A DNA stretch of 64,000 nt from Spirochaetota bacterium (lineage in GTDB: Bacteria > Spirochaetota > UBA4802 > UBA5550): positions 1 to 64,000 of the forward strand of contig JBNKTL010000008.1 in assembly GCA_050298055.1 (NCBI GenBank), read 5' to 3'. Position numbers and translations under genes: made by a program. Numbering within the stretch: position 1 is the stretch's first letter; the number at the start of each line of letters is the position of its first letter. Positions 11,200-20,988 of the stretch are shown piece by piece. A model generated the notes under the pieces. The model saw nothing but the letters and a program-made list of their open reading frames with translations. It was not told the DNA's origin and did not search any database.

Positions 11200-12045
11200 A
11201 TGAAGAAAATTCTGGGAATAATCGGTTCTCCCCGGGGTACGGGAAATTCAGTGACCATGATACGGGAGGTCTGCCGCAATGTTCCGGAGGAGCATGAACT
11301 TTCTCTCCTCCGGCTTTCCGATTTTAACATTAAACCGTGCCGGGCATGCTACCGGTGTCTGCTGGGAGAAAGAAAGTGTGTCATAGACGATGATGTTGAG
11401 TTTATCATAGAGCGGATGGAAGAGGCGGACGGGTATATTATATCCGCCCCCACATACTTCCTGGGGGCAAACGCTATGCTCAAGCTCTTTCTTGACAGGG
11501 GGCTCATGTTCTACGGGCATGGGGAGAGGCTCTGGGGAAAGCCCTCCATCGGCATCGGTGTTACCGGGATCCGGGGGAAGGAGGGGACCACACTCCTGGA
11601 GCTCCAGAGGTTCCAGAAGGCGCTCCTCGCGAAGATCAAGGACACTGTTGTTGTCTACGGCGCCCTTCCCGGCGAGGTCTTCCTCGATGAGGGGAACAAA
11701 AGAATTGCCGCGGCCCTGGGGCAGATGCTCTTCGGGGAACCCCGGGCTGCCGGTTCGCCCGTATGTCCCCTCTGCGGGGGAGATACCTTCAGGTTCCTGG
11801 ACAGTGAAAATGTCCGCTGCATGCTCTGCAGCAACAGGGGAAGGGTGAGTTTTCGTGACGGCAGGCCGGAATTTCTCATTGAGAAGAACGGCCATGAACT
11901 CTTTTTATCCGGGGACAGCGCCCGGGAGCATGAGAAGTGGCTTGTGGAGATGAAGGAGCGGTACCTGGAAAAGAGGGAGGAACTGGGTGAGATCACCCGG
12001 GAGTATATCGGCGACGGAAAGTGGATCAAGCAGGGGAAAGGATAG
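11200..12045 (+). CDS. Flavodoxin family / iron-sulfur flavoprotein (NADPH-dependent FMN reductase fold)
   Basis: GSPR..GNS; CRACYRC..C cluster motif; C-terminal CPLC...CMLC. Confidence 0.85.
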   Translation: MKKILGIIGSPRGTGNSVTMIREVCRNVPEEHELSLLRLSDFNIKPCRACYRCLLGERKCVIDDDVEFIIERMEEADGYIISAPTYFLGANAMLKLFLDRGLMFYGHGERLWGKPSIGIGVTGIRGKEGTTLLELQRFQKALLAKIKDTVVVYGALPGEVFLDEGNKRIAAALGQMLFGEPRAAGSPVCPLCGGDTFRFLDSENVRCMLCSNRGRVSFRDGRPEFLIEKNGHELFLSGDSAREHEKWLVEMKERYLEKREELGEITREYIGDGKWIKQGKG

Positions 12046-12294
12046 TTACGGGTTGCGGGTTCCGAGTTCCAGGTTAAGAAAAGAGAATAAACCGCTAAGG
12101 CGCAAAGTACGCGAAGGAAGAAAAGAGGGATTTTACACAGAGTTCACAGGGGGCACAAAGGAAGTGTTTTATTAATGTTGAGTTATAAATTTAAAATGTT
12201 AAATGAAAGAGACTGTTTTGATGAAAAAACTCAACATTCAACATTTAAAATTTAACATTATTTTCAACTTTGCGCTCTTTGCGCCTTTGTGGTT
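12045..12294. repeat. Nested short-period inverted-repeat element family B, copy 1
   Basis: GTTnnnn heptamers at 12045-12075; outer 9-mer arms at 12090-12116 and 12268-12294; inner heptamer arms at 12174-12204 and 12229-12259. Confidence 0.75.
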
Positions 12295-12433
12295 CAATAT
12301 CTTAAGGGTTAAGTGCTTGCCAGGGCCTGATATATGTTGTAATATAGTATCAGTTCTGTGGAAAAAATCATTGACGAATAGAGAAGAGAAAATCTAATGT
12401 TCACGTTCCGGATGAGAATTCCGGTTTACATAC

Positions 12434-12507
12434 GGTGACTGTAGCTCAGTTGGTAGAGCCCTGGATTGTGGTTCCAGTTGTCGCGGGTTCGAGCCCCGTC
12501 AGTCACC
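12434..12507 (+). tRNA. tRNA-His(GUG)
   Basis: G-1 plus acceptor GTGACTG/CAGTCAC, anticodon arm CTGGA-TTGTGGT-TCCAG, T-loop TTCGAG, C73; full CCA not encoded. Confidence 0.97.
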
Positions 12508-12513
12508 CAAATG

Positions 12514-12550
12514 AAAACCCGCAATCTTTATCAGAGGTTGCGGGTTTTTA
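12514..12550 (+). terminator. Intrinsic terminator after tRNA-His, possibly bidirectional
   Basis: AAAACCCGCAATCT...AGGTTGCGGGTTTTT. Confidence 0.8.
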
Positions 12551-12595
12551 TTTGAAATATGGTTTTTTTCTTTTTTCAATCAATAATCGCAGGTT

Positions 12596-13582
12596 TTACT
12601 GTTGCGGGTCGCCCGCCGGTTCCTGCCAGTCCAGTTGTTGCCAATCAGGTTCGCTCACTGCTTCCTTCCATTCAAAATGGAACACAACCTGGGGACGGTC
12701 CAGGCCTTGCAGCGCCAGTATCCGGCAATTGTCTGGGGCGAATAACAGTGCCTTGGTCAGGTTAATTGAACCGTCTTCCAGTGTTGCCAGGTGGCGGCCG
12801 TCCGGCAGGCTGAAGAGGTGCAGGTTCGTGTCAGAGCCCAGGGCACAGAGCAGTGCACCGTCATCGCTGATTGCAAACAGGTTTTTAAACTTGAATTTCA
12901 GCTCACCGGGAAACTGGAGTTCCGCTAGCGCTGTGGCCCCATCGGCGGCGCGGACAATGAGCAGTTGTTTTTCACCCGCCACCACCGCTCCCAGGCTTTG
13001 CCGGCCAATAAGCTGAAAATCGCCGAAAAAATCCTTTTCAAGGGCATCGTTTCTGCGCCAGATCTGACGCTCGTCCTGCAAAGATATCAGGCTCAGGGAC
13101 TTCTTCTTGACGCAGAGGGCGAGACCGGAATCCATTGGACATACAGCCTGCACCGAGTTGGATGCGGAGGACCTGGACAGCTCCTGGCCGTCCTCTGTGC
13201 GGTAGACTCCGGCGGGGCTGTGCAGAGGTTTGCAGAAGAGGCTTTCCCCATCGGCTGAAAACGACAGGCCCCCGATATACATTTCCACTTCCTGCCGCCA
13301 GCGGCATTCGCCGCTTTTCAGGTCCCATAAAGCCAGACCGCTCAGGCTCCCCCCTGCGGCGGCCACGAGGCCGCGGTCGGGGCTCAGGCAGAGCACCCGC
13401 GTATCAAAGCCTGCATTGTAACTCTGCAGTTCCTGTCCGTCCACCACGGACCAGAGGTGCAGGACCTCGTCATCGCCGGCGCTGATCACTCTCTCCGGGT
13501 CAATAAATACCGCGCAGTGGGCGCCGGAGCTTTCCGGCGCCTTGTGTACCGGTCCTTCAATTATTGCAAGTTGTCGAATCAT
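12596..13582 (-). CDS. WD40-like beta-propeller protein
   Basis: Repeats such as ISAGDDEVLHLWSV, LALWDLKSGE and LHLFSLPDG; visibly more GC-rich than its flanks. Confidence 0.7.
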   Translation of the reverse strand: MIRQLAIIEGPVHKAPESSGAHCAVFIDPERVISAGDDEVLHLWSVVDGQELQSYNAGFDTRVLCLSPDRGLVAAAGGSLSGLALWDLKSGECRWRQEVEMYIGGLSFSADGESLFCKPLHSPAGVYRTEDGQELSRSSASNSVQAVCPMDSGLALCVKKKSLSLISLQDERQIWRRNDALEKDFFGDFQLIGRQSLGAVVAGEKQLLIVRAADGATALAELQFPGELKFKFKNLFAISDDGALLCALGSDTNLHLFSLPDGRHLATLEDGSINLTKALLFAPDNCRILALQGLDRPQVVFHFEWKEAVSEPDWQQLDWQEPAGDPQQ

Positions 13583-13744
13583 GTTTCTTCCCCAATAAAT
13601 AATGTATATATCTTATGGGAGCCATGTACAGGGAAATGTTCAGGAATGCAATAATTAATTAGATTTTAATTACCGGTCGCATGCAGGGGTGTCCAGTCAA
13701 TAGAAAATCGTTTTTTGAACATTCACACGTTCTGCACCCAAAAT

Positions 13745-13784
13745 ATAAAATAAGCCCCGGGTTTAAACCCGGGGCTTATTTTAT
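13745..13784. repeat. 40-bp perfect palindrome (family C, copy 1)
   Basis: ATAAAATAAGCCCCGGGTTT|AAACCCGGGGCTTATTTTAT. Confidence 0.9.
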
Positions 13785-13910
13785 TGGGGATAAATATTTC
13801 TCCATAAAAAATGTATGGACATTATCCGTACATTAATATATATTGAAATTGACATGTATAAAGCTGTGAAAAAAAAATTATATCTATAAAAAACGTGATG
13901 GTATTCAATT

Positions 13911-14183
13911 ATGAAAACAAAAACAACCAAATCTGATAGAATTGAAGTGCGTGTCTCCCCTGATACAAAGGCCCTGATTGAGCGCGCGGCACAGGAAAGG
14001 GGCATATCCATAAGCGCTTTTGCCACGGCAACCCTCGTTGAAACCGCCAAAGAAGTGATAGAAAAATCAGGCAGGATACAATTAAGCAGTGGTGATCAGG
14101 AGATCTTTTTAAAGGCCCTGGATAAGGGACCCAATAAAGCACTGGTAAAAGCCGCGCAGAAGTATAAGGGAAACCTCTCTTGA
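13911..14183 (+). CDS. DUF1778 ribbon-helix-helix antitoxin (TacA/AtaR-like)
   Basis: RIEVRVSPDTKALIERAA...ISAFATATLVETAKEVI...IQLS...FLKALD; overlaps the GNAT gene. Confidence 0.9.
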   Translation: MKTKTTKSDRIEVRVSPDTKALIERAAQERGISISAFATATLVETAKEVIEKSGRIQLSSGDQEIFLKALDKGPNKALVKAAQKYKGNLS

Positions 14184-14701
14184 TGAGTTTTAATGAAAAA
14201 GATATTATTAGAGAAAGAATTAATAAATCCCATGATTGTGGATCATTTCAATGCGGCAATCCCGGTCTGGATTCGTATCTGCAAAAATATGCCCGGCAGA
14301 ATGATATCTCTGGTGTGGGGCGTACTTACATTGCGCGGTTTAAAAATTCCCGAAAAGTTATCGGCTACTATACAATAGCGTCATCTTCAATTGAAGGGTC
14401 ATCTCTGCCTGAGAAATTGTCAAAAATATTGCCACGATACCCGGTTCCCTGCGCTTTACTGGGCCGCCTTGCTGTTTCCGAAGATCATCAGGGTATGGGA
14501 CTGGGAGAATTCCTTCTCATGGATGCTCTTTTTCGAATATTAACTATTAGTGAACAAATCGGGCTCTTTGCGATAGTTGTTGAAGCTGTGGACATTAAGG
14601 CGCGGGACTTCTATAAGAAATACGGATTTGAACCCTTTCGTGATGATAAACGGCGTCTTGTTCTCTCGATTAAAGCCGTTAAAAAGGCCTTTGATTTGTG
14701 A
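14180..14701 (+). CDS. GNAT acetyltransferase toxin (TacT/AtaT-like)
   Basis: FQCGNPGLDSYL, VIGYYTI, PCALLGRLAVSEDHQGMGLG, FYKKYGF. Confidence 0.92.
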   Translation: MMSFNEKDIIRERINKSHDCGSFQCGNPGLDSYLQKYARQNDISGVGRTYIARFKNSRKVIGYYTIASSSIEGSSLPEKLSKILPRYPVPCALLGRLAVSEDHQGMGLGEFLLMDALFRILTISEQIGLFAIVVEAVDIKARDFYKKYGFEPFRDDKRRLVLSIKAVKKAFDL

Positions 14702-14765
14702 CCTTCAATCCGGCATTATCATAACTTTATCCATATCCCTAAACCGGTAATCCGAAAATACCCTT

Positions 14766-14860
14766 CACATGTTGTTCATTACACTCCACGTAGCGTTCAT
14801 TACATATTATATAGCATTCATGACACGTAACTTGACATATAATTTTTGTTAGTCTATAAA
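14766..14860 (+). promoter_or_regulatory. Sigma70 promoter of the RHS gene with three 21-bp-period direct repeats
   Basis: TTGACA(14832)-N17-TATAAA(14855); TTCAT cores at 14775, 14796 and 14817. Confidence 0.7.
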
Positions 14861-14986
14861 GAAACATTCTCATTTCCAGAGATCTCTGAAAATGGGAAGA
14901 CAGGATGAAAAAATGATGTAATGATCGCTCTTAAAATCGCACTATAAAATATTAACAACATAAGAAATCAGGTAAGAGGGGGCCCC

Positions 14987-17900
14987 ATGAAAACGATTAA
15001 AACTTCAGGTATATTTTTTGTATTCATTTCACTTTTGAGTGCCGCGTTTTTCACCACAGATGTTTACGCCAATGTGGGCCCAGACGGGTCCTTTAACTAC
15101 TCGGTGGACATCAAGCTCCCTCCCGGGACCAGGGGAATGGCACCGAAATTGTCCCTGTCATACAACTCCAACGCCGGTAACGGTATTATGGGGAAGGGCT
15201 GGTCGTTGCAGGGGCTTCCTTATATTACACGGGACACTACCTATCCCATAAACTACAACGGCACCGATAAATATGTGGGTCCCGGGGGAAGGCTGGTCCA
15301 GGCCAATGATCCCGGCTATACGGGTTCAGCAGTAATATATCATACTGAATATGAGGGCTTTTCCCGTTTTGAGATGTTTGGGGGGCAGGGCGGTAATGCA
15401 AATGAGCCTTCTTACTGGGTGGAGACAAAGCCCGACGGGACGAAATACTATTACGGCTATAATGATAATTCACAGGATTCACAGGTAACTGCCAATGATC
15501 ACAGTCCCTGTATAAGAGTCTGGGCCCTTTCAAAGGTTGAGGACATCTATGGTAACTACTACCTGGTGAAGTATGTTCAGGACAACGGGGAGTTTTATCC
15601 TGATAAGATCATCTATACCCTGAATGATAAAGGGGGGGTCTTAAAGTACAGGACTGTTGAGTTTGAGTATGAGGTGAGAAGTGATTATTATAAGATAAAT
15701 ACATCCAATACTTCAGTCCAGACAACTCAGCGGTTAAAGAATGTGATTATTAAAACCGGTGTTGTTGATGTTTTTGGGGTGAGTTTTTTGGGGGATTTGG
15801 TGAGGAGATATGAGTTGACATACAGCGAAAGCTCTAATCCGGTTTTTAGCAGATTAACCGGTATAAAAGAATATGGGGATGATGATGTAACTTTTAAAAC
15901 TGAAGAATTTGAATGGCAGATAAGTGGTAGCAGTATAGATTTCTGGACATATTCCGGTCTTCCGAGTACCGGTGCGATTAAGGATTATGAGCATTATTTT
16001 GCAGATATAAACGGTGATGGCAGGACAGACTGGATACAAATTTCCCGATTATATAATAAGAGCTATATAGGTCTTGGTCAGGCAGATGGGAGTATAAATT
16101 TCTGGACACATACAAATACTCAGCATGATTGTGCGGTTAATAATTATGCACATTATTTTGCAGATATAAATGGAGATGGAAGATCAGACTGGATCCAGGT
16201 TTCTCGAACAGATGATGTTGGCTATATAAGCCTTGGTCAGGCAGATGGGAGTATAGATTTCTGGACACAATACGGTTTTTTGGTCGGTTCGGCTAATGGT
16301 TATAGTCATTACTTTGCAGATGTTAATGGAGACGGTAGGGCAGACTGGATACAAGCTTCTCGATCAAGTAATAGTGGTTGTATAGGCCTTGGACAGTCTG
16401 ATGGTAATATAAATTTTTGGACATATACCGGTCTTCCTGCTGGTGCGACGGATGATTACAATCATTATTTTGTAGATATAAATGGAGATAGGGGATCTGA
16501 TTGGATTCAAGTCAATAAAAATTATAATATCGGACATATTGGATTAAAAAACACTCCCTCCTCGACTGCTATTGTCAGGGTAAAAACATCGTTGTCAGGT
16601 AATATAAATATAACGTATAAACCAGCTGCTCAAATGACAGGTGTAATCGATAGTAATGAATCAATATATCCGGTAATAACAAATTCAACCCCCCGAAACC
16701 TTGTAACATCAATCACCACCGAAGACGGGCGGGGTGCGTCCTACGAGACCACCTATGCCTATAAAAACGGAAAGATCCAGACAGGATATCCCCAGAACAA
16801 AGCGGACCTCTTCTTTGAAAACATAACCCAGACAAACCCCGACAGCACAAAACTCATATCCTACTATAACCAGACCGGGAAAGACTACGCGGGCAGGGTC
16901 TCGAAGATCGAAAAAAAAGGGAGCGACGACAGCCTCATTGAGGTCCGGGACTATGCTTATTCATCTGTAATAACAACAATCTTCGGTACAAAATGGGTCA
17001 AACTGGATTCAGAGACCAGCACCACCTACGAAGACGGGGAGGTGCTGTTCAGCAACACGGTGACAAATACCTATGATGATTACGGAAACATCACCGCTTC
17101 AGCGTCGACTTCACCTGGAAGTGGTCTGGACCCGGTAACAACAGAGATTACCTATAACCGTGACGATTCACGCTGGATCCTGAACCGTCCCTCAATAATA
17201 ACAAAATTATCCAACGGCAGTTTCACCGTACAGAGACAGGTATTTATCTATTCAGGGGATTATAATATCCAGAAGAAGGACTCCGTTGATTCCGGCACTA
17301 TTCTCACAACATATATTGCCCTTGATGCCTACGGTAATCCCCAGTCTACAACCGATCCGGACGGGGTTTCAACAACCATAAGCTATGACAGCGATTATCA
17401 AACATTTCCGGTAAAAATAACGAAATCCGGCGGTTCCGAATCCATTGATCTTCTGAAAAGCGCGGAATATGATCCCAGGTATGGGGTAAAGCTCTGGGAT
17501 ATTAATGCCAACAACCTCCAGACCAACTACGAATACGACGCATTCGGAAGGCCCACAGAAGTGCGGCAGGGAAGTACGGTCTTGAAGCAGGTGGAGTATA
17601 AAGATTTCGGTAATCCGGACCTGCAACGTGTAATAACAAAGGTCTTTGATAATTCAACAGAAGGAGACTCTGCGGGCTATCACTACACGAAAGAGTACTT
17701 CGACGGCCTGGGGAGAAAGTATAAGATCGTAAAAAAGGCCTCGGGGAAGCACTCCCTGGAGTATGTGACCCATGTGGAGTTTGATACGGCCGGACGTGTG
17801 TCAAAAAAGTCCCGGCCCTATCTTGAGGGGATCGATACCCGGTATGACTCTGTCTATTCATATGACAACGCGGGAAGGATCAGCACTCTGACCCTGCCTG

Positions 17901-20866
17901 ACGGCATGACGAAGACCTATTCATATGACAACAACTGGGACAAGACCCTTACCGTAAAGACCATCTATGACGGGAAGTCATATGAAAAGATCTTCAATGC
18001 CAGGGGACAGCTCATAAAGAAGAACGAGCCTATGGACGCGAACATCATTTACAGCTACTATCCCTCGGGAAAGCTTAAAACCATCAAGGACACCAACGGC
18101 CTCACGACCTCGGTGAGCTATGACTTGCTGGGGAGAAAAACATCCATGACCGATCCCAACACCGGGACCTGGACATACGGCTACCAGGGGACCCGCCTGA
18201 AGACCCAGACCGACGTGGCGGGGAACGTCACAAGCTACAACTACGACACCCTGGGAAGGATCTCTAACATAGACTACCAGGACAGCACCGGGAAAGCCTA
18301 TACAACTCCCGATGTCTTCTACACCTATGGTGACGGTTCAAAGAACGACCTGGGAAAGGTGTCCGGTATCATGACCAGTACCGACGGCGGGTCGACTTTT
18401 ATCTCAAAAACCACCTTTGCCTACAACATTCAGGGCGCGCCAACGGTAAAGAGAGTGGAGATGGACGGGAGAACATTCATCTTCAACATGGACTACGATG
18501 TGATGAACAGGCTTAACTCCATCACTTACCCTGACGGGAAGACAATCACCCGGGAGTACTCCGACACGGGACAGCTTGCCTCTGTGAAGTGGGGCGGGTT
18601 TCCCGTTGTGAGCTACGGGCGCTTTGAGACCGACGATGACGGTTCTATCATCAGCTATGCCAATACCATCCACAGGCTCACGGGGAACGGCGTACGGTCC
18701 GATGTAGATTATGATCCCGTTACATTACGGCCTACAAAACTTGTAACGAAAAAGGACTCCACCATCCATGAAGACCTGAACTTCAGCTATTTCAATGACG
18801 GGAAGATAAAGGAGATCCTTGATAACGATCTCACCGATGGTGTGGACTCAAAACAGACTTTCAGCTACGATGACCTGAACCGTCTCGTATCCGCCCAGGG
18901 GGCAAGCAGCGATTATATCTATGGCAGCCTCTCCTTCAACTACGACCTCAACGGGAACCTCCGGTCGAAGGACGGGAACACCCTTTACTACAACGATGCC
19001 AGCCACCCCTACGCCGTAACCGGCATCAACGGGGTGACGAAGTACCAGTACGACGCCAACGGAAACATGACAACACGGGACGGGAAGCAGCTTGTCTACG
19101 ACGCGAAGAACAGGCTTGTCCAGATCTGGAACGGGACTGTGAAGGAGGAGGAGTATGTCTACTCGTCATCGGGCCACAGGATCAAGAAGATCAAGAGCGA
19201 CGGGACGGTGACCTACAACATGGAGGGTCTCTATGAGCTGAACCTGGTCCCGGGAAGGGACGACCACTATACCAAGTATATCTTCGGCATGGACAACGAA
19301 CTTGCCGCCCAGGCAACGGAGATCAACAGCACCCTGCTCACCCTGAACACACCCTCGGTGATAAATAAATATTATAATACCGCGAGCCTCAAGGGATTTT
19401 TCCTGGCGGCCTACAGGTATTTGAACTACTTTTCAACCAGTCCCCGGATCTTAAGGATGGTCTATCTTTCTCTCCTGGCCCTCTTCTTCATATTTTTGCT
19501 CTGTGTGTTCATCTACAATCTCAGGAACAGGAGGTTCGGGTACAGGGGGATGTCCCGGTGGGTCCATCACTCCGCCTTTGCCACACTCTTTATGGTCTTT
19601 TCCGTCTTCGGGATGACAGGGTGTGAGTTGACGGACAACCTTACGGGGACCGCTCCCTGGGAGAGCCTTGACTACGAGACCGGCATTACAACCAACAATA
19701 TGCCCACCCGGGGGATGTACTTCTTCCACTCAGACTATACCGGGAACATCAGCTTTGTCACCGACAACTCCGGTGCCAAGGTGAACCAGCTCTACTACAA
19801 GCCCTACGGGGAGATCGCCATGCAGACCGGGACCGATGTGCACAGGCACAAGTACGGCTCCCAGGAGAATGACGGGAGTACGGGGCTGCTGTATTATAAG
19901 GCGCGGTTCTATGACCCGGCTGTGGGGAGGTTTATTTCTGCGGACTCAATTGTTCCGGACCCGGTAAAGAGCCAGGCTTTGAACAGGTATATGTATGTTA
20001 TGGGAAGCCCTATTGATTTTGGTGATCCAAGCGGGCATAGTTGGTTAAGTAAAACTATAGATGCAATTGGAAATGCCGTTAGTGATGCAACAGGGAGTGA
20101 TAAATTAGGTCAGGTTGTCCATGATATTATTAATACGGCAACTCTTAACAGTGCTTATGAACAAGGTGGCTGGGACAATGTTGGTTGGACCCTTGTTTCT
20201 GCAGGCATGATAACTCATACAGATGAAGGTGGTTGGGGGTTTACTTTAGGTGGGAATATACCTGGAACACCTTTCTTTGCAGGTATACATTACCAGCAGA
20301 ATGGTCAGAATAGTGGTTTTAGCTATTATTATGGTGTTGGTTTTAATGTCAATGGCATGTCCGGTGGGGCATCTTATTCCTATAATGTAAATAATGGAAA
20401 CACAACAGTGGGATTAACTCTTGGTTATGGAGGTCAATATGGACAGGCAGGTGTAACGTATAGTATTACAATGGATTCTAACGGAAGAGTTATTAATAAG
20501 GGATTATCTGGTTATGGTAAAATAAATTATCAATTATTACTCCCTACAAAAGATAATAATGAACGGATTGAAAGAGTAAAACATTATGAAGATGGAGACA
20601 GTTTTTGTTTTGGTCCTGAAGGTTCTGAAGGTGGTTGGTTGGCAATTTTTGATGTAATTGGTTTTCATGCTACTGCAGTTTTTCATGATTTTTTAGTAGT
20701 GATGGATATATTTCCTGCACATCCATCAGGAGATATATCACGATTACAAAATGAAATAGCAACTGTTGGTTTTTTGGTCGGTTATGCAGGAGGTAATATA
20801 CTTGCAGGTCAGAATTATACTTACAATCCATATTCGCAGTCTGAAGGATGGGGTTGGTCATATTAA
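14987..20866 (+). CDS. Secreted SpvB / FG-GAP / TcdB-midN / YD-RHS repeat protein (TcB-TcC-like fusion)
   Basis: Signal peptide; SpvB N-terminus (PPGTRGMAPKLSLSYNS...GKGWSL); four F(A/V)D(I/V)NGD repeats; YD repeats; RHS core GLLYYKARFYDPAVGRFISAD...DPSGH. Confidence 0.92.
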   Translation: MKTIKTSGIFFVFISLLSAAFFTTDVYANVGPDGSFNYSVDIKLPPGTRGMAPKLSLSYNSNAGNGIMGKGWSLQGLPYITRDTTYPINYNGTDKYVGPGGRLVQANDPGYTGSAVIYHTEYEGFSRFEMFGGQGGNANEPSYWVETKPDGTKYYYGYNDNSQDSQVTANDHSPCIRVWALSKVEDIYGNYYLVKYVQDNGEFYPDKIIYTLNDKGGVLKYRTVEFEYEVRSDYYKINTSNTSVQTTQRLKNVIIKTGVVDVFGVSFLGDLVRRYELTYSESSNPVFSRLTGIKEYGDDDVTFKTEEFEWQISGSSIDFWTYSGLPSTGAIKDYEHYFADINGDGRTDWIQISRLYNKSYIGLGQADGSINFWTHTNTQHDCAVNNYAHYFADINGDGRSDWIQVSRTDDVGYISLGQADGSIDFWTQYGFLVGSANGYSHYFADVNGDGRADWIQASRSSNSGCIGLGQSDGNINFWTYTGLPAGATDDYNHYFVDINGDRGSDWIQVNKNYNIGHIGLKNTPSSTAIVRVKTSLSGNINITYKPAAQMTGVIDSNESIYPVITNSTPRNLVTSITTEDGRGASYETTYAYKNGKIQTGYPQNKADLFFENITQTNPDSTKLISYYNQTGKDYAGRVSKIEKKGSDDSLIEVRDYAYSSVITTIFGTKWVKLDSETSTTYEDGEVLFSNTVTNTYDDYGNITASASTSPGSGLDPVTTEITYNRDDSRWILNRPSIITKLSNGSFTVQRQVFIYSGDYNIQKKDSVDSGTILTTYIALDAYGNPQSTTDPDGVSTTISYDSDYQTFPVKITKSGGSESIDLLKSAEYDPRYGVKLWDINANNLQTNYEYDAFGRPTEVRQGSTVLKQVEYKDFGNPDLQRVITKVFDNSTEGDSAGYHYTKEYFDGLGRKYKIVKKASGKHSLEYVTHVEFDTAGRVSKKSRPYLEGIDTRYDSVYSYDNAGRISTLTLPDGMTKTYSYDNNWDKTLTVKTIYDGKSYEKIFNARGQLIKKNEPMDANIIYSYYPSGKLKTIKDTNGLTTSVSYDLLGRKTSMTDPNTGTWTYGYQGTRLKTQTDVAGNVTSYNYDTLGRISNIDYQDSTGKAYTTPDVFYTYGDGSKNDLGKVSGIMTSTDGGSTFISKTTFAYNIQGAPTVKRVEMDGRTFIFNMDYDVMNRLNSITYPDGKTITREYSDTGQLASVKWGGFPVVSYGRFETDDDGSIISYANTIHRLTGNGVRSDVDYDPVTLRPTKLVTKKDSTIHEDLNFSYFNDGKIKEILDNDLTDGVDSKQTFSYDDLNRLVSAQGASSDYIYGSLSFNYDLNGNLRSKDGNTLYYNDASHPYAVTGINGVTKYQYDANGNMTTRDGKQLVYDAKNRLVQIWNGTVKEEEYVYSSSGHRIKKIKSDGTVTYNMEGLYELNLVPGRDDHYTKYIFGMDNELAAQATEINSTLLTLNTPSVINKYYNTASLKGFFLAAYRYLNYFSTSPRILRMVYLSLLALFFIFLLCVFIYNLRNRRFGYRGMSRWVHHSAFATLFMVFSVFGMTGCELTDNLTGTAPWESLDYETGITTNNMPTRGMYFFHSDYTGNISFVTDNSGAKVNQLYYKPYGEIAMQTGTDVHRHKYGSQENDGSTGLLYYKARFYDPAVGRFISADSIVPDPVKSQALNRYMYVMGSPIDFGDPSGHSWLSKTIDAIGNAVSDATGSDKLGQVVHDIINTATLNSAYEQGGWDNVGWTLVSAGMITHTDEGGWGFTLGGNIPGTPFFAGIHYQQNGQNSGFSYYYGVGFNVNGMSGGASYSYNVNNGNTTVGLTLGYGGQYGQAGVTYSITMDSNGRVINKGLSGYGKINYQLLLPTKDNNERIERVKHYEDGDSFCFGPEGSEGGWLAIFDVIGFHATAVFHDFLVVMDIFPAHPSGDISRLQNEIATVGFLVGYAGGNILAGQNYTYNPYSQSEGWGWSY

Positions 20867-20954
20867 ATAGAAATTATATATTCAATCAGAGATCATGACA
20901 GTTGAGTTCTTCCCTGGTGTGAGGTTTTGAAAATACAAATAAATTTTTGGGAAA

Positions 20955-20988
20955 AAAGAGCCCCGGGATTAAACCCGGAGCTCCTTTT
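20955..20988. repeat. Palindrome family C, copy 2 (probable terminator)
   Basis: GAGCCCCGGGATTAAACCCGGAGCTC, a near match to the 13745-13784 core. Confidence 0.75.

Noticed and set aside
12435..13016. 193-aa plus-strand ORF
   Set aside because: Starts inside tRNA-His, crosses its terminator and is antisense to the WD40-like gene
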